The translations under genes and the position numbers were made by a program. The notes below the pieces were generated by a model. It had not been told where the DNA came from and did not search any database. It worked only from the letters and a program-made list of their open reading frames with translations. A stretch of DNA of 27,056 nt, taken from positions 1 through 27,056 of the forward strand of contig JAUXYJ010000103.1 of NCBI GenBank assembly GCA_030694465.1, in the 5' to 3' direction. The DNA is from Deltaproteobacteria bacterium. GTDB taxonomy: Bacteria; Myxococcota_A; Polyangia; Polyangiales; Ga0077539. Positions within the stretch are counted from its first letter, which is position 1, and every line of letters starts with the position of its first letter. This document shows positions 16,451-25,131 of this stretch, one piece after another.

Positions 16451-16508
16451 CATAGTCTGTCACTCGTTTTGTCTGCAAATTCGGACGCAAACGCTGTGAC
16501 AGACTATG
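16451..16508. repeat. Long imperfect hairpin: 13-bp perfect inverted repeat CATAGTCTGTCAC / GTGACAGACTATG extended by CGTTT/AAACG, enclosing an approximately 22-nt loop
   Basis: Read directly, between the B3/4 gene stop (16406) and the next plausible ATG (16556). Confidence 0.5.
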
Positions 16509-16555
16509 ACTGCAATCACTTCTCATCAGGCAAAACACTAGCGCATGATCCACTC

Positions 16556-16897
16556 ATGAACGCAGCCACGAAGCACTCGACCAGCACCACCTCTGCCCGC
16601 TCGACCCAGTCCATGCAGGTCCTCTCGTTGGTGCGTGTCGCGAGCACCCAGCGCAACCGTCGAGCCTCTTCGGTGCCTGCACGCGATCACCGTGGCAGCG
16701 CGCTTCACACCCTCGTGGGGTTTGCGCTGGGCGCGATGATCACGCTCGCTGTGATGTTGGCACACACGCTCGCGCCTACGCTCCGCGCGCTCTCGACCAG
16801 CACGCTCTTGCTGCCCATCGCGTGTGTGATCGGGGCGTGTCTCGTGCGCACCCTTGAGCGCGCTACGACCCAGCGTTATCGCAGCTCGACCGCGTAG
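16556..16897 (+). CDS. Possible small two-TM membrane protein
   Basis: ATG (MNAATKH...) inside ORF 16469-16897. Hydrophobic segments LVGFALGAMITLAVMLA and LLLPIACVIGACLV. It is convergent with the pseudokinase gene and overlaps its stop by about 20 nt. Weak support. Confidence 0.25.
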   Translation: MNAATKHSTSTTSARSTQSMQVLSLVRVASTQRNRRASSVPARDHRGSALHTLVGFALGAMITLAVMLAHTLAPTLRALSTSTLLLPIACVIGACLVRTLERATTQRYRSSTA

Positions 16898-19197
16898 TCG
16901 GTGTCCCAGGTCTCGTGCACAAAGGTAGGGAGCGCTACGGTGCGCACGGCAGCCTCGACACAAGCCCCAAGGGGGGTGTTGTGCAGGGCGGGACCAAAGA
17001 GCTCGACGCGCGCCACTTGGCCTGTCGAACCGGTAAACTGCACGGCAAAACGCGCCGTCATCGGCGCCGCGGGGTGACACCGAGCGCTCACACGGACCTG
17101 CATCGCGCGGCGAGCGTTTCCGCGCACGCGCCAATGCGGCGTCTGCTCGCCGTTGTGTCCGTCGACGCGCAAAAGGCCGTCTTCGGGCGACGGCGAAGCG
17201 TCTTCGGGCTCGACCGCAGGGCCTGCGTCTTCGGGCGCGCTGGGCGTGGGTTCGGGTAGCGCCACAGCAGCATCGGCGACCTCTGGCGTGGGCTGCGGCT
17301 CGGCGGCGTCTTGAGGCTCGGCGACCAAGGGAATTTGCAGGGCGTTTGCGTCTTCGCTGGCCTCGGAAGCGGGCTCCGTCACCGCGCCTGCGTCCTCGGT
17401 CAGCCCCGTGAGCGGGGGCGATCGCGGCGGATTGACCGAAGGGACCCCATTGAGCTTCGAGAACAAGAACGCGCCCCCGGCGATGCCGCCTACGAGCCCG
17501 ACGATCGCAGCCAAGACCACCACCATCGGACGCTTGGAGCCACGCGCGGCGTCCGGCGCTGCCCTCGCCGCAACGGGCACTGAGGGGCGCTTGGGCGCGA
17601 TGGGCATCGGCACCGGAATCCCCATGTCAAACAGTGGCGGCACCTCAATGTGCTCGCTGACGGCAGGGGACAACTCGACGCTGATCCCTGGCACCTCAAG
17701 GTCCATGGCGATGGCTGGAGCGTCGTCGTCCTCGGGATCGTGGCCCACTTCGAGCGCCGGGGGAGCGTCCGCCAGAGGGACCGGCCCCGGACTCTTAGAA
17801 GACCCAGAAGTGCTTGAAACTACAGGAAATTCTAAGATCTCATCTGTGACCTTCGGGTCTAGCGTGTCGAGGTCAATGTCAGTCAACTCAACCGAGTCAA
17901 CTGGGTCTTCGTCCTCGACGAGGTCAGCGAACAGCGCGGCGTCTGTCCGCTCGGTCTTCTCGGTCTCGAGAGGGCTGCTGGCCGCGATCGGGACGGACAG
18001 CACAGCGCTAGGAGGCCCGCTCATGGGCTCTAGCCCCAGCGACTCGGGCGCGATGCCCATGAGCGTCGATTTGCTCGCTCGCAAGGCCGGCCGAAGGGGC
18101 GGCATCGAGGGTGGGTGTCGTGCAGAGTCGGAGGGAGCCACTTCGGGAGCGGGAGCGTCGGCCGCAGCGACAGGCGCGACGCCCCTGAGAGTCGTGGTGG
18201 TCGAGACCTCTGGCGCCTCACTGGCGGACTTCGTCGCGCTCGCGAGGCTCGATGCGCTCGGGGATTTCGTTGCGCTCGCGAGGCTTGATGCGCTCGGGGA
18301 TTTCGTTGCGGAGGAGGGCAACGAGGGAGCGCGAACGGGCGATGGGATCGAGAGTTCGGGCACCGAAGGCGTGCGTGAAGAGGACTTAAGCCCCGAAATC
18401 GAAGGCGCCGCGGTGAGCGCTGCCGACAGCGCCTGGGCAAAGCTTAGACAGCTCGGAAACCGCGCCACGGGGACACTCGCCGTGGCACGCGCGAGGACAC
18501 GCGCGAGGGGCGTCGCTGCCGGGACGGGCGCGAGGAGCACTTCGGCCAATTGTCCAAGCGCGTAGCGGTCGGAGGCGGGCTGCGGCGAGCGGCCGGCGAC
18601 GTCTTCGGGTGCACGAAACGTCGCCTTGATTTGGGCCGCTTCGTGGACGTCTTCGACGCGCGCGGCAAGAAGAGCAGCAGCGAATCCCGCGTCAAGAATG
18701 CGGGGAGCGCGTGTTACGCGGTCGACGCGAATGGTGTCCAAGGACAGCAACAAGTGCACGATGGGCGGGCTGAGCGCGTGCATGGCGTCCATCGCTTCGC
18801 CCACCGCGCGGATGATCTCTAGCGCCTCTGCGCGAGGCAGCGAGCCCTCTTCGTCAAGCACCTCGCGCAAGGTGGGGCCATCCACCCACGAGGTCACAAT
18901 GACCGGAAATCCCATCTCGACGCCCGACGCGAGCAGCTTTGGGATGTGCGGAATACTGACCTTCGCGAGCCACTGCGAGCGTCGCGCGAACGCGTCGATG
19001 TACGCCGCGCTAGGCGCATCCGAGCGCAGCGTGGTGATGGAGACAATCTCGGTCTGGCGCTCGGTGTGATGACCGCGATAGGAGACCCAGGCTTCCGTCG
19101 CGTAGGCCTGCGCCTCTACGAAGTACTCACCCGCTACGACGTAGCCAGCGGGAAGGGTCCAGCTCGCATCCGAGTTCGTGACAGACATCGGCTGCAT
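16876..19197 (-). CDS. Membrane-anchored Ser/Thr protein kinase-like protein, probably a pseudokinase: N-terminal degenerate kinase domain, Ser/Ala/Pro low-complexity linker with a 12-aa tandem repeat, one TM helix, and a C-terminal extracytoplasmic Cys-containing domain
   Basis: The kinase-fold region has an APE motif (FRAPEDV) but lacks the G-loop and the VAIK Lys. It has HLLLSLDTIRV in place of HRDLKPEN and DAG in place of DFG. TM helix MVVVLAAIVGLVGGIAGGAFLF. The C-terminal domain is of unknown family. Confidence 0.7.
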   Translation of the reverse strand: MQPMSVTNSDASWTLPAGYVVAGEYFVEAQAYATEAWVSYRGHHTERQTEIVSITTLRSDAPSAAYIDAFARRSQWLAKVSIPHIPKLLASGVEMGFPVIVTSWVDGPTLREVLDEEGSLPRAEALEIIRAVGEAMDAMHALSPPIVHLLLSLDTIRVDRVTRAPRILDAGFAAALLAARVEDVHEAAQIKATFRAPEDVAGRSPQPASDRYALGQLAEVLLAPVPAATPLARVLARATASVPVARFPSCLSFAQALSAALTAAPSISGLKSSSRTPSVPELSIPSPVRAPSLPSSATKSPSASSLASATKSPSASSLASATKSASEAPEVSTTTTLRGVAPVAAADAPAPEVAPSDSARHPPSMPPLRPALRASKSTLMGIAPESLGLEPMSGPPSAVLSVPIAASSPLETEKTERTDAALFADLVEDEDPVDSVELTDIDLDTLDPKVTDEILEFPVVSSTSGSSKSPGPVPLADAPPALEVGHDPEDDDAPAIAMDLEVPGISVELSPAVSEHIEVPPLFDMGIPVPMPIAPKRPSVPVAARAAPDAARGSKRPMVVVLAAIVGLVGGIAGGAFLFSKLNGVPSVNPPRSPPLTGLTEDAGAVTEPASEASEDANALQIPLVAEPQDAAEPQPTPEVADAAVALPEPTPSAPEDAGPAVEPEDASPSPEDGLLRVDGHNGEQTPHWRVRGNARRAMQVRVSARCHPAAPMTARFAVQFTGSTGQVARVELFGPALHNTPLGACVEAAVRTVALPTFVHETWDTDYAVELR
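18229..18310. repeat. 36-bp tandem direct repeat, 2.3 copies with two mismatches, inside the pseudokinase linker; it encodes ATKSPSASSLAS twice
   Basis: TTCGT(C/T)GCGCTCGCGAGGCT(C/T)GATGCGCTCGGGGAT repeated. Read directly. Confidence 0.7.
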
Positions 19198-19255
19198 CGT
19201 AGTCCTTCACGATGCGACTCGTGAAGCGTGCAGTGATGTCTTGGTGACGATGGTG

Positions 19256-20626
19256 TCAGTGCGTGACCGCCGCTGTAGGGGCAACGGATCGCGGACCGAC
19301 GTACCGCAGCGGGGCCCCATCACGGGGACCAAAAGTGATCCCTCGGCGAACCGAAACCTCTGCAGTATGACTGGCCAACTCAAACGTGTGCCTTCGAATG
19401 AGTTCGGCCAAGACCTGCTTCATTTCGTACATCGCGAACGCCGCACCCACACAGCGTCGGTGCCCTCCGCCAAAGGGTAAGAACTCAAACGGCGAGAATT
19501 TTCGCTGCAAAAATCGCTCAGGCACAAAGCCCTTGGGGTCAGGATAGAGCGTGGGGTCTTCGTGAATCGTCGCGATCGAGACGCTCACGGCAAACCCGGC
19601 GGGGACCACCATGTTGCCGATCGTGAGGGGTTTTTCGAGTCCGCGGACCACATCGATGACCACGGGGTGCAGCCGCAGGGTCTCGCTGCAGACCGCGTCG
19701 AGGTAGGGCAGCGCGGCGATGGCCTCTGCGTCCGCGTGGGGCGCGAGCCCATCAAGCTCGGCACGCAATCGCCTCAGCGTCATGGGGTTGTCGTGCAGCA
19801 GCCACATCGCCCACGCGATCGAGATCGCGGTCGTCTCGTGCCCGGCGAGCAAGAGCGTCAAGAGCTCGTCTCGAAGCTCCGCGTCCGAGAAGCTGCTCCC
19901 ATCGTCGTAGCGCGCTTGCATCATGAGCGAGAGCACATCGTCGCCGTAGTGCTTCTCTTCGCGACGCCTGTGAATTTCCTGATAGATCTTGCTATCCACA
20001 GCAGCGCGCGCTTTTGCAAAATGTGCCCACGGTCCCAGCCCAAACGGCGCGACGCGCAGGGCCTTAAAGAACATCAGCGCGGGTGTCCCCGACTCCATCA
20101 TCGTGGTCACCAGGCGCGTCCATTCGTGCATGACCTCGCTGTCTTGTGCCCCAAACACCGTGCGCAAGATCACCTCGAGAGAGATCTCTTGCGCGGACTG
20201 GAGCATGCGCACCACGCTCCCCTCGCTCCAGCGCCCGCTCGCGTTCACCGCGGCCTGACGCATCACCTCGGCGTAACCCCGCATGCGCGCGCCGTGCAAC
20301 GGCGGAGTCAACAGCTTGCGATCACGACGGTGACGCTCACCGGACACCAGCAAGAGCGACATGGGGCCCACGATGGGATCCAGCGCGTCGGCGCCCCATA
20401 CGGCCAAGGTGTCGGGGTCTGCGGTAAAGACCGCACGCGCGTGCTCGGGCGTACTGACCACGACGAGCGGCCCTCGGAGCGTCTGGAGCAAGAACGGCGA
20501 GCCATAACGCTGGTGATTCTTGCGATAAAATCCCGACGCATCACGGAGATACTGCAGCGTGACAAAGAAGCGAGGGTCCTTGGGTCCCTCAAAGGACCGA
20601 GCGCTTTGCGATTGCATGAGTGACAA
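19256..20626 (-). CDS. Cytochrome P450 monooxygenase
   Basis: I-helix LLLAGHETTA, ExxR ETLRLHP, PERF, and the haem-binding loop FLPFGGGHRRCVGAAFA (FxxGxRxCxG). Confidence 0.9.
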   Translation of the reverse strand: MSLMQSQSARSFEGPKDPRFFVTLQYLRDASGFYRKNHQRYGSPFLLQTLRGPLVVVSTPEHARAVFTADPDTLAVWGADALDPIVGPMSLLLVSGERHRRDRKLLTPPLHGARMRGYAEVMRQAAVNASGRWSEGSVVRMLQSAQEISLEVILRTVFGAQDSEVMHEWTRLVTTMMESGTPALMFFKALRVAPFGLGPWAHFAKARAAVDSKIYQEIHRRREEKHYGDDVLSLMMQARYDDGSSFSDAELRDELLTLLLAGHETTAISIAWAMWLLHDNPMTLRRLRAELDGLAPHADAEAIAALPYLDAVCSETLRLHPVVIDVVRGLEKPLTIGNMVVPAGFAVSVSIATIHEDPTLYPDPKGFVPERFLQRKFSPFEFLPFGGGHRRCVGAAFAMYEMKQVLAELIRRHTFELASHTAEVSVRRGITFGPRDGAPLRYVGPRSVAPTAAVTH

Positions 20627-20704
20627 ACTTTCTCAGTGGGCGGGAGGGCATTCTCGCGAGAGAGAGACAGAGGGTCTGCGCGACCCTCGCGCAAGGTACC
20701 TCTG

Positions 20705-22114
20705 TCAGCGCGCGATCGTCACGCGCGGGAGCGAATGGACCGAGAGCCAAATCACAGGCAGATCGTTCTCGCTCTGCGCCGAGAGCACGCGGGCGAGCGC
20801 TTGTTCGCCCACGTCCATGAGCCCCGCGAGGACCCTGTTGCGTGTGCGAGGGATGTACCCAAGCATCTCAGCGCGCGAGGTCTTGATCGCGATCGCGCGG
20901 TCGTCGTGCGTGTTTTGCCTCTCGCGCTCAAGCACGAGCGCGTCGCCCTCGGCGAGCGAACCCAGCGCAGCACGCGCCTGGTGAAACTGAGCTCCCGCCA
21001 CCGAGCACTCGAGCACCGCGACCGGGCGCGGCGCGACAGGCCACGTGAGGGTGTGATCTTCGGGCAGCCACGGAGTGCATTCTCTCACTGAAATCGCAGT
21101 GACATCGTCACCACGCTGGTGCCGCAATTGGTCCCCCACACGGAGCCCTAGCGAGGCCAGCGCGACGTCGCCGTGTCTGCGCCCAACGCCCTCGGACCAC
21201 GAGAGGTCAAAGCGCGTTTGTCGCACCCATTCGGCCAGCGAGAACACGCTCGCGACGCCTTGATGCTCGGCAGAGGGGTGCTCGCTCTGCAATCGCCCGA
21301 TGAGCATCTCGAGGTGCGCCAGCGTCTGCGCTCCGCGGAGCCACACGGTCCCTAGGAGCGCGCGCTCTCGCTGCATCTGAGAGAGCGCAAAGAGGTAGGC
21401 TCCTTGCGGGTGGTCCCAGCAATAATCCATACGATCGGCTTCTAAGAGCGTCCGCGCGACCACCCGCGGCGCGAGCACTGGGTCGTGCTGTGCCATGCGG
21501 TGTAGCGCGCTCGCCGTGGCCATCGGAGCGCCCCGCTGCGCGAGCCGATGCGCGGCCAATAAGTATACCGCGGCGGCGCTTCGGATGTCTCCGCGAGGGT
21601 GCTCAAGCGCGCCACGGAGCGCACGCTCGGCTCGCCCCTCGGCGACCCCCGCGGCGGTCCACGCGAGGGCAGCGAGCGAGTACACTCTGCGCTCGCCCGC
21701 GAAGTCTTCACCGAAGGCATTTCGCCTGAGGATTTGCTCCCAAAAGGCAACCTTCTCGGCATCATCGTCTCGCTGCATGCCGAGCAGACAGAGAAACTGC
21801 CGCTCAAGCCAGGGCTCATCGACCGGCGCGTCCACCGCATAGCGCGCGCCGAGCCACGAGAGCAAAAGATCGCGCTCTTCGTCTCGCGTCTGCACGACGT
21901 GCGGTGTGGGCCCCAGTCCCAGCGACACGAGGTCCTGTTGGCGCAATCGGTCCTGCAAAAACGCAGGCCGTTGCACCCGATGCTGGTGCGCACGCTCGTA
22001 GCTCTTGAGCGCCGTCATCGCGCGCCGGACGTCACGCCCCGCGGTAGAGATCACGTGGCTGGGTTCGCGCGCGGCGCGGTGCCACAGGCTGAGTGGGTCA
22101 TGCGCGAGTTGCAT
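20705..22114 (-). CDS. Protein with a C-terminal HIRAN domain and an uncharacterised alpha-helical N-terminal region of about 370 aa
   Basis: C-terminus VAGAQFHQARAALGSLAEGDALVLERERQNTHDDRAIAIKTSRAEMLGYIPRTRNRVLAGLMDVGEQALARVLS matches the HIRAN pattern (G.........L..G..L.L.RE..N..D.nAI.v......lGYiPr..a..La.l.D.g). The N-terminal part matches no family I recognise. Confidence 0.6.
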   Translation of the reverse strand: MQLAHDPLSLWHRAAREPSHVISTAGRDVRRAMTALKSYERAHQHRVQRPAFLQDRLRQQDLVSLGLGPTPHVVQTRDEERDLLLSWLGARYAVDAPVDEPWLERQFLCLLGMQRDDDAEKVAFWEQILRRNAFGEDFAGERRVYSLAALAWTAAGVAEGRAERALRGALEHPRGDIRSAAAVYLLAAHRLAQRGAPMATASALHRMAQHDPVLAPRVVARTLLEADRMDYCWDHPQGAYLFALSQMQRERALLGTVWLRGAQTLAHLEMLIGRLQSEHPSAEHQGVASVFSLAEWVRQTRFDLSWSEGVGRRHGDVALASLGLRVGDQLRHQRGDDVTAISVRECTPWLPEDHTLTWPVAPRPVAVLECSVAGAQFHQARAALGSLAEGDALVLERERQNTHDDRAIAIKTSRAEMLGYIPRTRNRVLAGLMDVGEQALARVLSAQSENDLPVIWLSVHSLPRVTIAR

Positions 22115-22189
22115 TGCCTTCGTAGACCACTAGCACACGCGCGAGAGCGAGCGCAGGGACCATGGTCAGGCTATGTCACAACCAATCCA

Positions 22190-22236
22190 CCTGTGAATTC
22201 ACTGTACAAATACGGACAACCGGAGCGATTCACAGG
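22190..22236. promoter_or_regulatory. 9-bp inverted repeat CCTGTGAAT ... ATTCACAGG (29-nt spacer) overlapping a 10-bp palindrome GTGAATTCAC, in the 115-bp low-GC spacer upstream of the HIRAN gene
   Basis: Read directly. The second arm overlaps the stop codon of the upstream peroxidase-lipoprotein gene (22230). Confidence 0.35.
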
Positions 22237-24086
22237 GTCTCGAGGTACGAGACCAGCTCGTCGAGCTGTGTGCCGTTAAGGTGCGCGGTACGACCATGGC
22301 GTTCGCCGCCGCCGCACTGCGGGTCAGAGAACCTCGCGCGCAGCGTTGCGGCGCAGCCGTTGTGCATAAAGGGCGAGCGCCACGCGAGGCCGCGCAGCGA
22401 GGGGACCTGAAACGCAGCTCCAGTCCCTACGTCTACGGTCTGGTTGTTGGTCCCTTGAGCGCCACCGTGGCAGCTTGCGCAACCGACAACGGGGTCGTGA
22501 AAGAGCGTCTGTCCACGCGCTGCGACGGGGTCCATGGCGCGCATGGGCGCACGTGCTGGGAGGCGATCGATCCAGCCTTGGAGCGCCGCCACCTGGGGCT
22601 GGTCGAGGATGGGACCGCTCATTCGCTCAGAGAAAACGCTGCTCATCAGGTGCGAGATGCTCTGCATGTCGCCGTCCCAGTGAAAGGGCTCGGTGCCGCT
22701 CAGGCCGCCGCGAAAGGCCTGCGTGCGGCGAGGGCCGATCGAAGCGAAGTTCCATACGCGGCCGTCTTCGTCGCCTTCGGCGTGACAGGACGCACACGCG
22801 AGCCCGCTGCCCGAGTCCGAGTGAAAAATCGTGAGCCCCGTGTCGTTACGAGAGTCACGCGAGAGCGCGATCGTGCGGTTTGTACCGGGCAAATAGAGCG
22901 CCGCCGGCTCGCGAAGCTGCAACACCACGGCCTCGCCCACGAAGGCCACGGCCGTCGCCTGGCCCGGGAGGCTCCGAGGCATCAAGTTCTCATGACCGAT
23001 ACAGTTCAAGCGCTCGGTAAGCCCCGCGCCAGGATGAACCATCACCTGCGAGTGCGACGCAACGCGCGCGTTGCCTGGGATCGCAAACGCGAGCGTCCCC
23101 AGCGACGAGACCGCGACATCCACCGCGAGGACGGCGTCCACGATGGGGCTGTCGCCGCTGACCACTGCGGGCCTCTCGCTGCCGTTCGTCGAGAACACGC
23201 TGACGGCGCTCTCGACAATCCCACCCGAGCCACACTGCCTCCCAGTGCCACCGTAACCGCCCTGAACAATTGAGATTTCTTTATCGAGCGCGCGCTGGTG
23301 GACCATGACCACTTGACCGTTGAGTCCGGCCACCATGCGCCACGCGGTCGACGGCTCAGCACGCGCAGGGGCGACGGGCTGAGATGCGCCGCCACGGTCT
23401 TCGATCGTTGGAGAAAAGCCCGAATTCCGCTCAAAGGTCGTCGGCGCGACGGGATCCAGCGCGCGGCCTTCTGCGGTCACCGTGATCACTTTGGCGGACC
23501 GAAACTGCGTCACCAACAGGCGTCCATCAGGCAACGCGACGATGTCTCGGAGGTCTTGTGCGAGCTTGAGGCTGCGTGTGACGGCGCCGCTCTGGGCCTC
23601 CATCGACACGAGCTCACCGCCTGCGCACGCAACATGGACGAGGTCGTGCGCGCGGTCGTACGCGATTCCGCGAGGAGAGACACAGACCTCTCGGCGGCTC
23701 ACGACGCTCCCCGCCGAGGGATCGACGACCGCGACGGCGCCTGCACCGCGCAACACCACGTGCACATGACCTCGGAGGTCTTCGACGCTGCGGCCAGGCT
23801 CATCGCCCGCACGCAACGCGATCTGACGCACGGCTTGGGCCTGGGAGAGGTCCGCGACGAAGACCGCGTCACGCTCGGGATCGGCCGCAAGCGCGAGGCC
23901 GCTGGACAGAATCTGTAGTGTTCCGCCAGAGATCGGGACCGCACGATGGCGCGTGCTCACCGTGGCCCCGAGCACAGGTTGGGAGCCTGGCCGAGTGAGC
24001 TGAGGCGGCGTCTCTTGGATCACAAGATTGCAGCCAATGAGCCCAACGAGCGAGAGAGCAACAAGGAGCCTAGGGGGGTGCGTCAT
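22230..24086 (-). CDS. Lipoprotein with N-terminal YVTN-type beta-propeller repeats and a C-terminal di-haem cytochrome c peroxidase (CCP/MauG family) domain
   Basis: Signal peptide plus lipobox LVGLIGC. Two CxxCH motifs (CASCHAEGDEDG and CASCHGGAQG). A CCP-like distal region VPSLRGLAWRSPFMHNGCAATL. Propeller-like repeats VFVAD...VAVVDPSAGSVV...PRGIAYD. Confidence 0.8.
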   Translation of the reverse strand: MTHPPRLLVALSLVGLIGCNLVIQETPPQLTRPGSQPVLGATVSTRHRAVPISGGTLQILSSGLALAADPERDAVFVADLSQAQAVRQIALRAGDEPGRSVEDLRGHVHVVLRGAGAVAVVDPSAGSVVSRREVCVSPRGIAYDRAHDLVHVACAGGELVSMEAQSGAVTRSLKLAQDLRDIVALPDGRLLVTQFRSAKVITVTAEGRALDPVAPTTFERNSGFSPTIEDRGGASQPVAPARAEPSTAWRMVAGLNGQVVMVHQRALDKEISIVQGGYGGTGRQCGSGGIVESAVSVFSTNGSERPAVVSGDSPIVDAVLAVDVAVSSLGTLAFAIPGNARVASHSQVMVHPGAGLTERLNCIGHENLMPRSLPGQATAVAFVGEAVVLQLREPAALYLPGTNRTIALSRDSRNDTGLTIFHSDSGSGLACASCHAEGDEDGRVWNFASIGPRRTQAFRGGLSGTEPFHWDGDMQSISHLMSSVFSERMSGPILDQPQVAALQGWIDRLPARAPMRAMDPVAARGQTLFHDPVVGCASCHGGAQGTNNQTVDVGTGAAFQVPSLRGLAWRSPFMHNGCAATLRARFSDPQCGGGERHGRTAHLNGTQLDELVSYLETL

Positions 24087-24255
24087 CGTGAATCCTTCGG
24101 AGAGGCCAGCATGAGAGCGAGGGTCAGGGTGGGTGCGAGCTATGCAGCAAGCGAGCCAGCGACGATGCGTGCTGAGTCTGTCACCATTCGGCGTGCGAAT
24201 TGCCTAGCCCAATCACACAAGCCCGCTCTCAAGCCCCATGCGGTCGTCACTGTCG

Positions 24256-25032
24256 TTACTGTGACACGGTGTGCCGATCATGCGTCGCTCGGGTGTCTGA
24301 TCCCAGCGGAATCCCAGGCCCCACGAACCTAGGCTGCGTGTGCAAGACCGACGTGTCCAGCACTGCCCGCACCCGCGCAAGCCACTCGCGCACGGCGTCT
24401 ACGCGGCGACTCTTGTAGCTTCGCTGGTCAGCGATTACGCCGATGGCGTCCAGGTGAAACGCGCGCGCCAACCACAGCGAGCGCGGCAGATGAAACGCCT
24501 GCGTGCACACCGACGCGCGACGCGCAGAGAAGACCTGCGCAGCCCGTGCCATGCTGTCGAGTGTGCGAAATCCGGCGTGGTCCACGTAGATTTTCTCGCT
24601 CGGGACTCCGCGCGCGAGCAGCCACTCGCGCATCGCGCGCACCTCGTCGTAGCCATCGGTGCCGTGGTCGCCGGACACGATCACATACGAGACAAGGCCA
24701 CGACGGTAGAGCGAGAGCCCGCAGGCCAGGCGGTCTTGCAAGATGATCGAGGGCTGCCCGTTGGCATACACCCGCGCGCCTAGGACAATCGCGACCTCGG
24801 TCTCGCGCGCGTTTGCAAGCGAAAACACCCGCGATTGTGCGCTCACTCGCACACGATTTTCGGCCCACATGGCGAGCCCAAAGAGCACCACCGCGAAGCC
24901 CAGCACGACCCACAGCGCGCGCTTGGCGATGCGCTTGGCGCGTGCAGAGCGTGAGGAGCGCGGCGATTTCGGAGAGGTCGGGGTCTCGAGGTCTGAATGG
25001 GTCATCGCGCGAAGGGATCCAGAGACTTGCAC
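24256..25032 (-). CDS. SanA/YdcF family (DUF218) membrane-anchored protein
   Basis: N-terminal TM helix ALWVVLGFAVVLFGLAMW. DUF218 core AIVLGARVYANGQPSIILQDRLACGLSLYRRGLVSYVIVSGDHGTDGYDEVRAMREWLLARGVPSEKIYVDHAGFRTLDS. An alternative start is MTHSDL at about 25005. Confidence 0.75.
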   Translation of the reverse strand: MQVSGSLRAMTHSDLETPTSPKSPRSSRSARAKRIAKRALWVVLGFAVVLFGLAMWAENRVRVSAQSRVFSLANARETEVAIVLGARVYANGQPSIILQDRLACGLSLYRRGLVSYVIVSGDHGTDGYDEVRAMREWLLARGVPSEKIYVDHAGFRTLDSMARAAQVFSARRASVCTQAFHLPRSLWLARAFHLDAIGVIADQRSYKSRRVDAVREWLARVRAVLDTSVLHTQPRFVGPGIPLGSDTRATHDRHTVSQ

Positions 25033-25131
25033 GAACGAGGACCGCGAGGATATTCCGCGTGGGGTCGCGCAGAGCAGTGCATCGTGGCGGGTGTGTCTGT
25101 GCTAGTGGCTCTGCCCACAGAGGTCTGCGCC

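Noticed and set aside
19562-20623. 353-aa plus-strand ORF antisense to the cytochrome P450 gene
   Set aside because: The P450 on the minus strand has the full set of signature motifs. This ORF is His/Arg-rich with no motif.
22281-23273. 330-aa plus-strand ORF antisense to the peroxidase lipoprotein gene
   Set aside because: Antisense artefact. The minus-strand product has CxxCH motifs and a lipobox.
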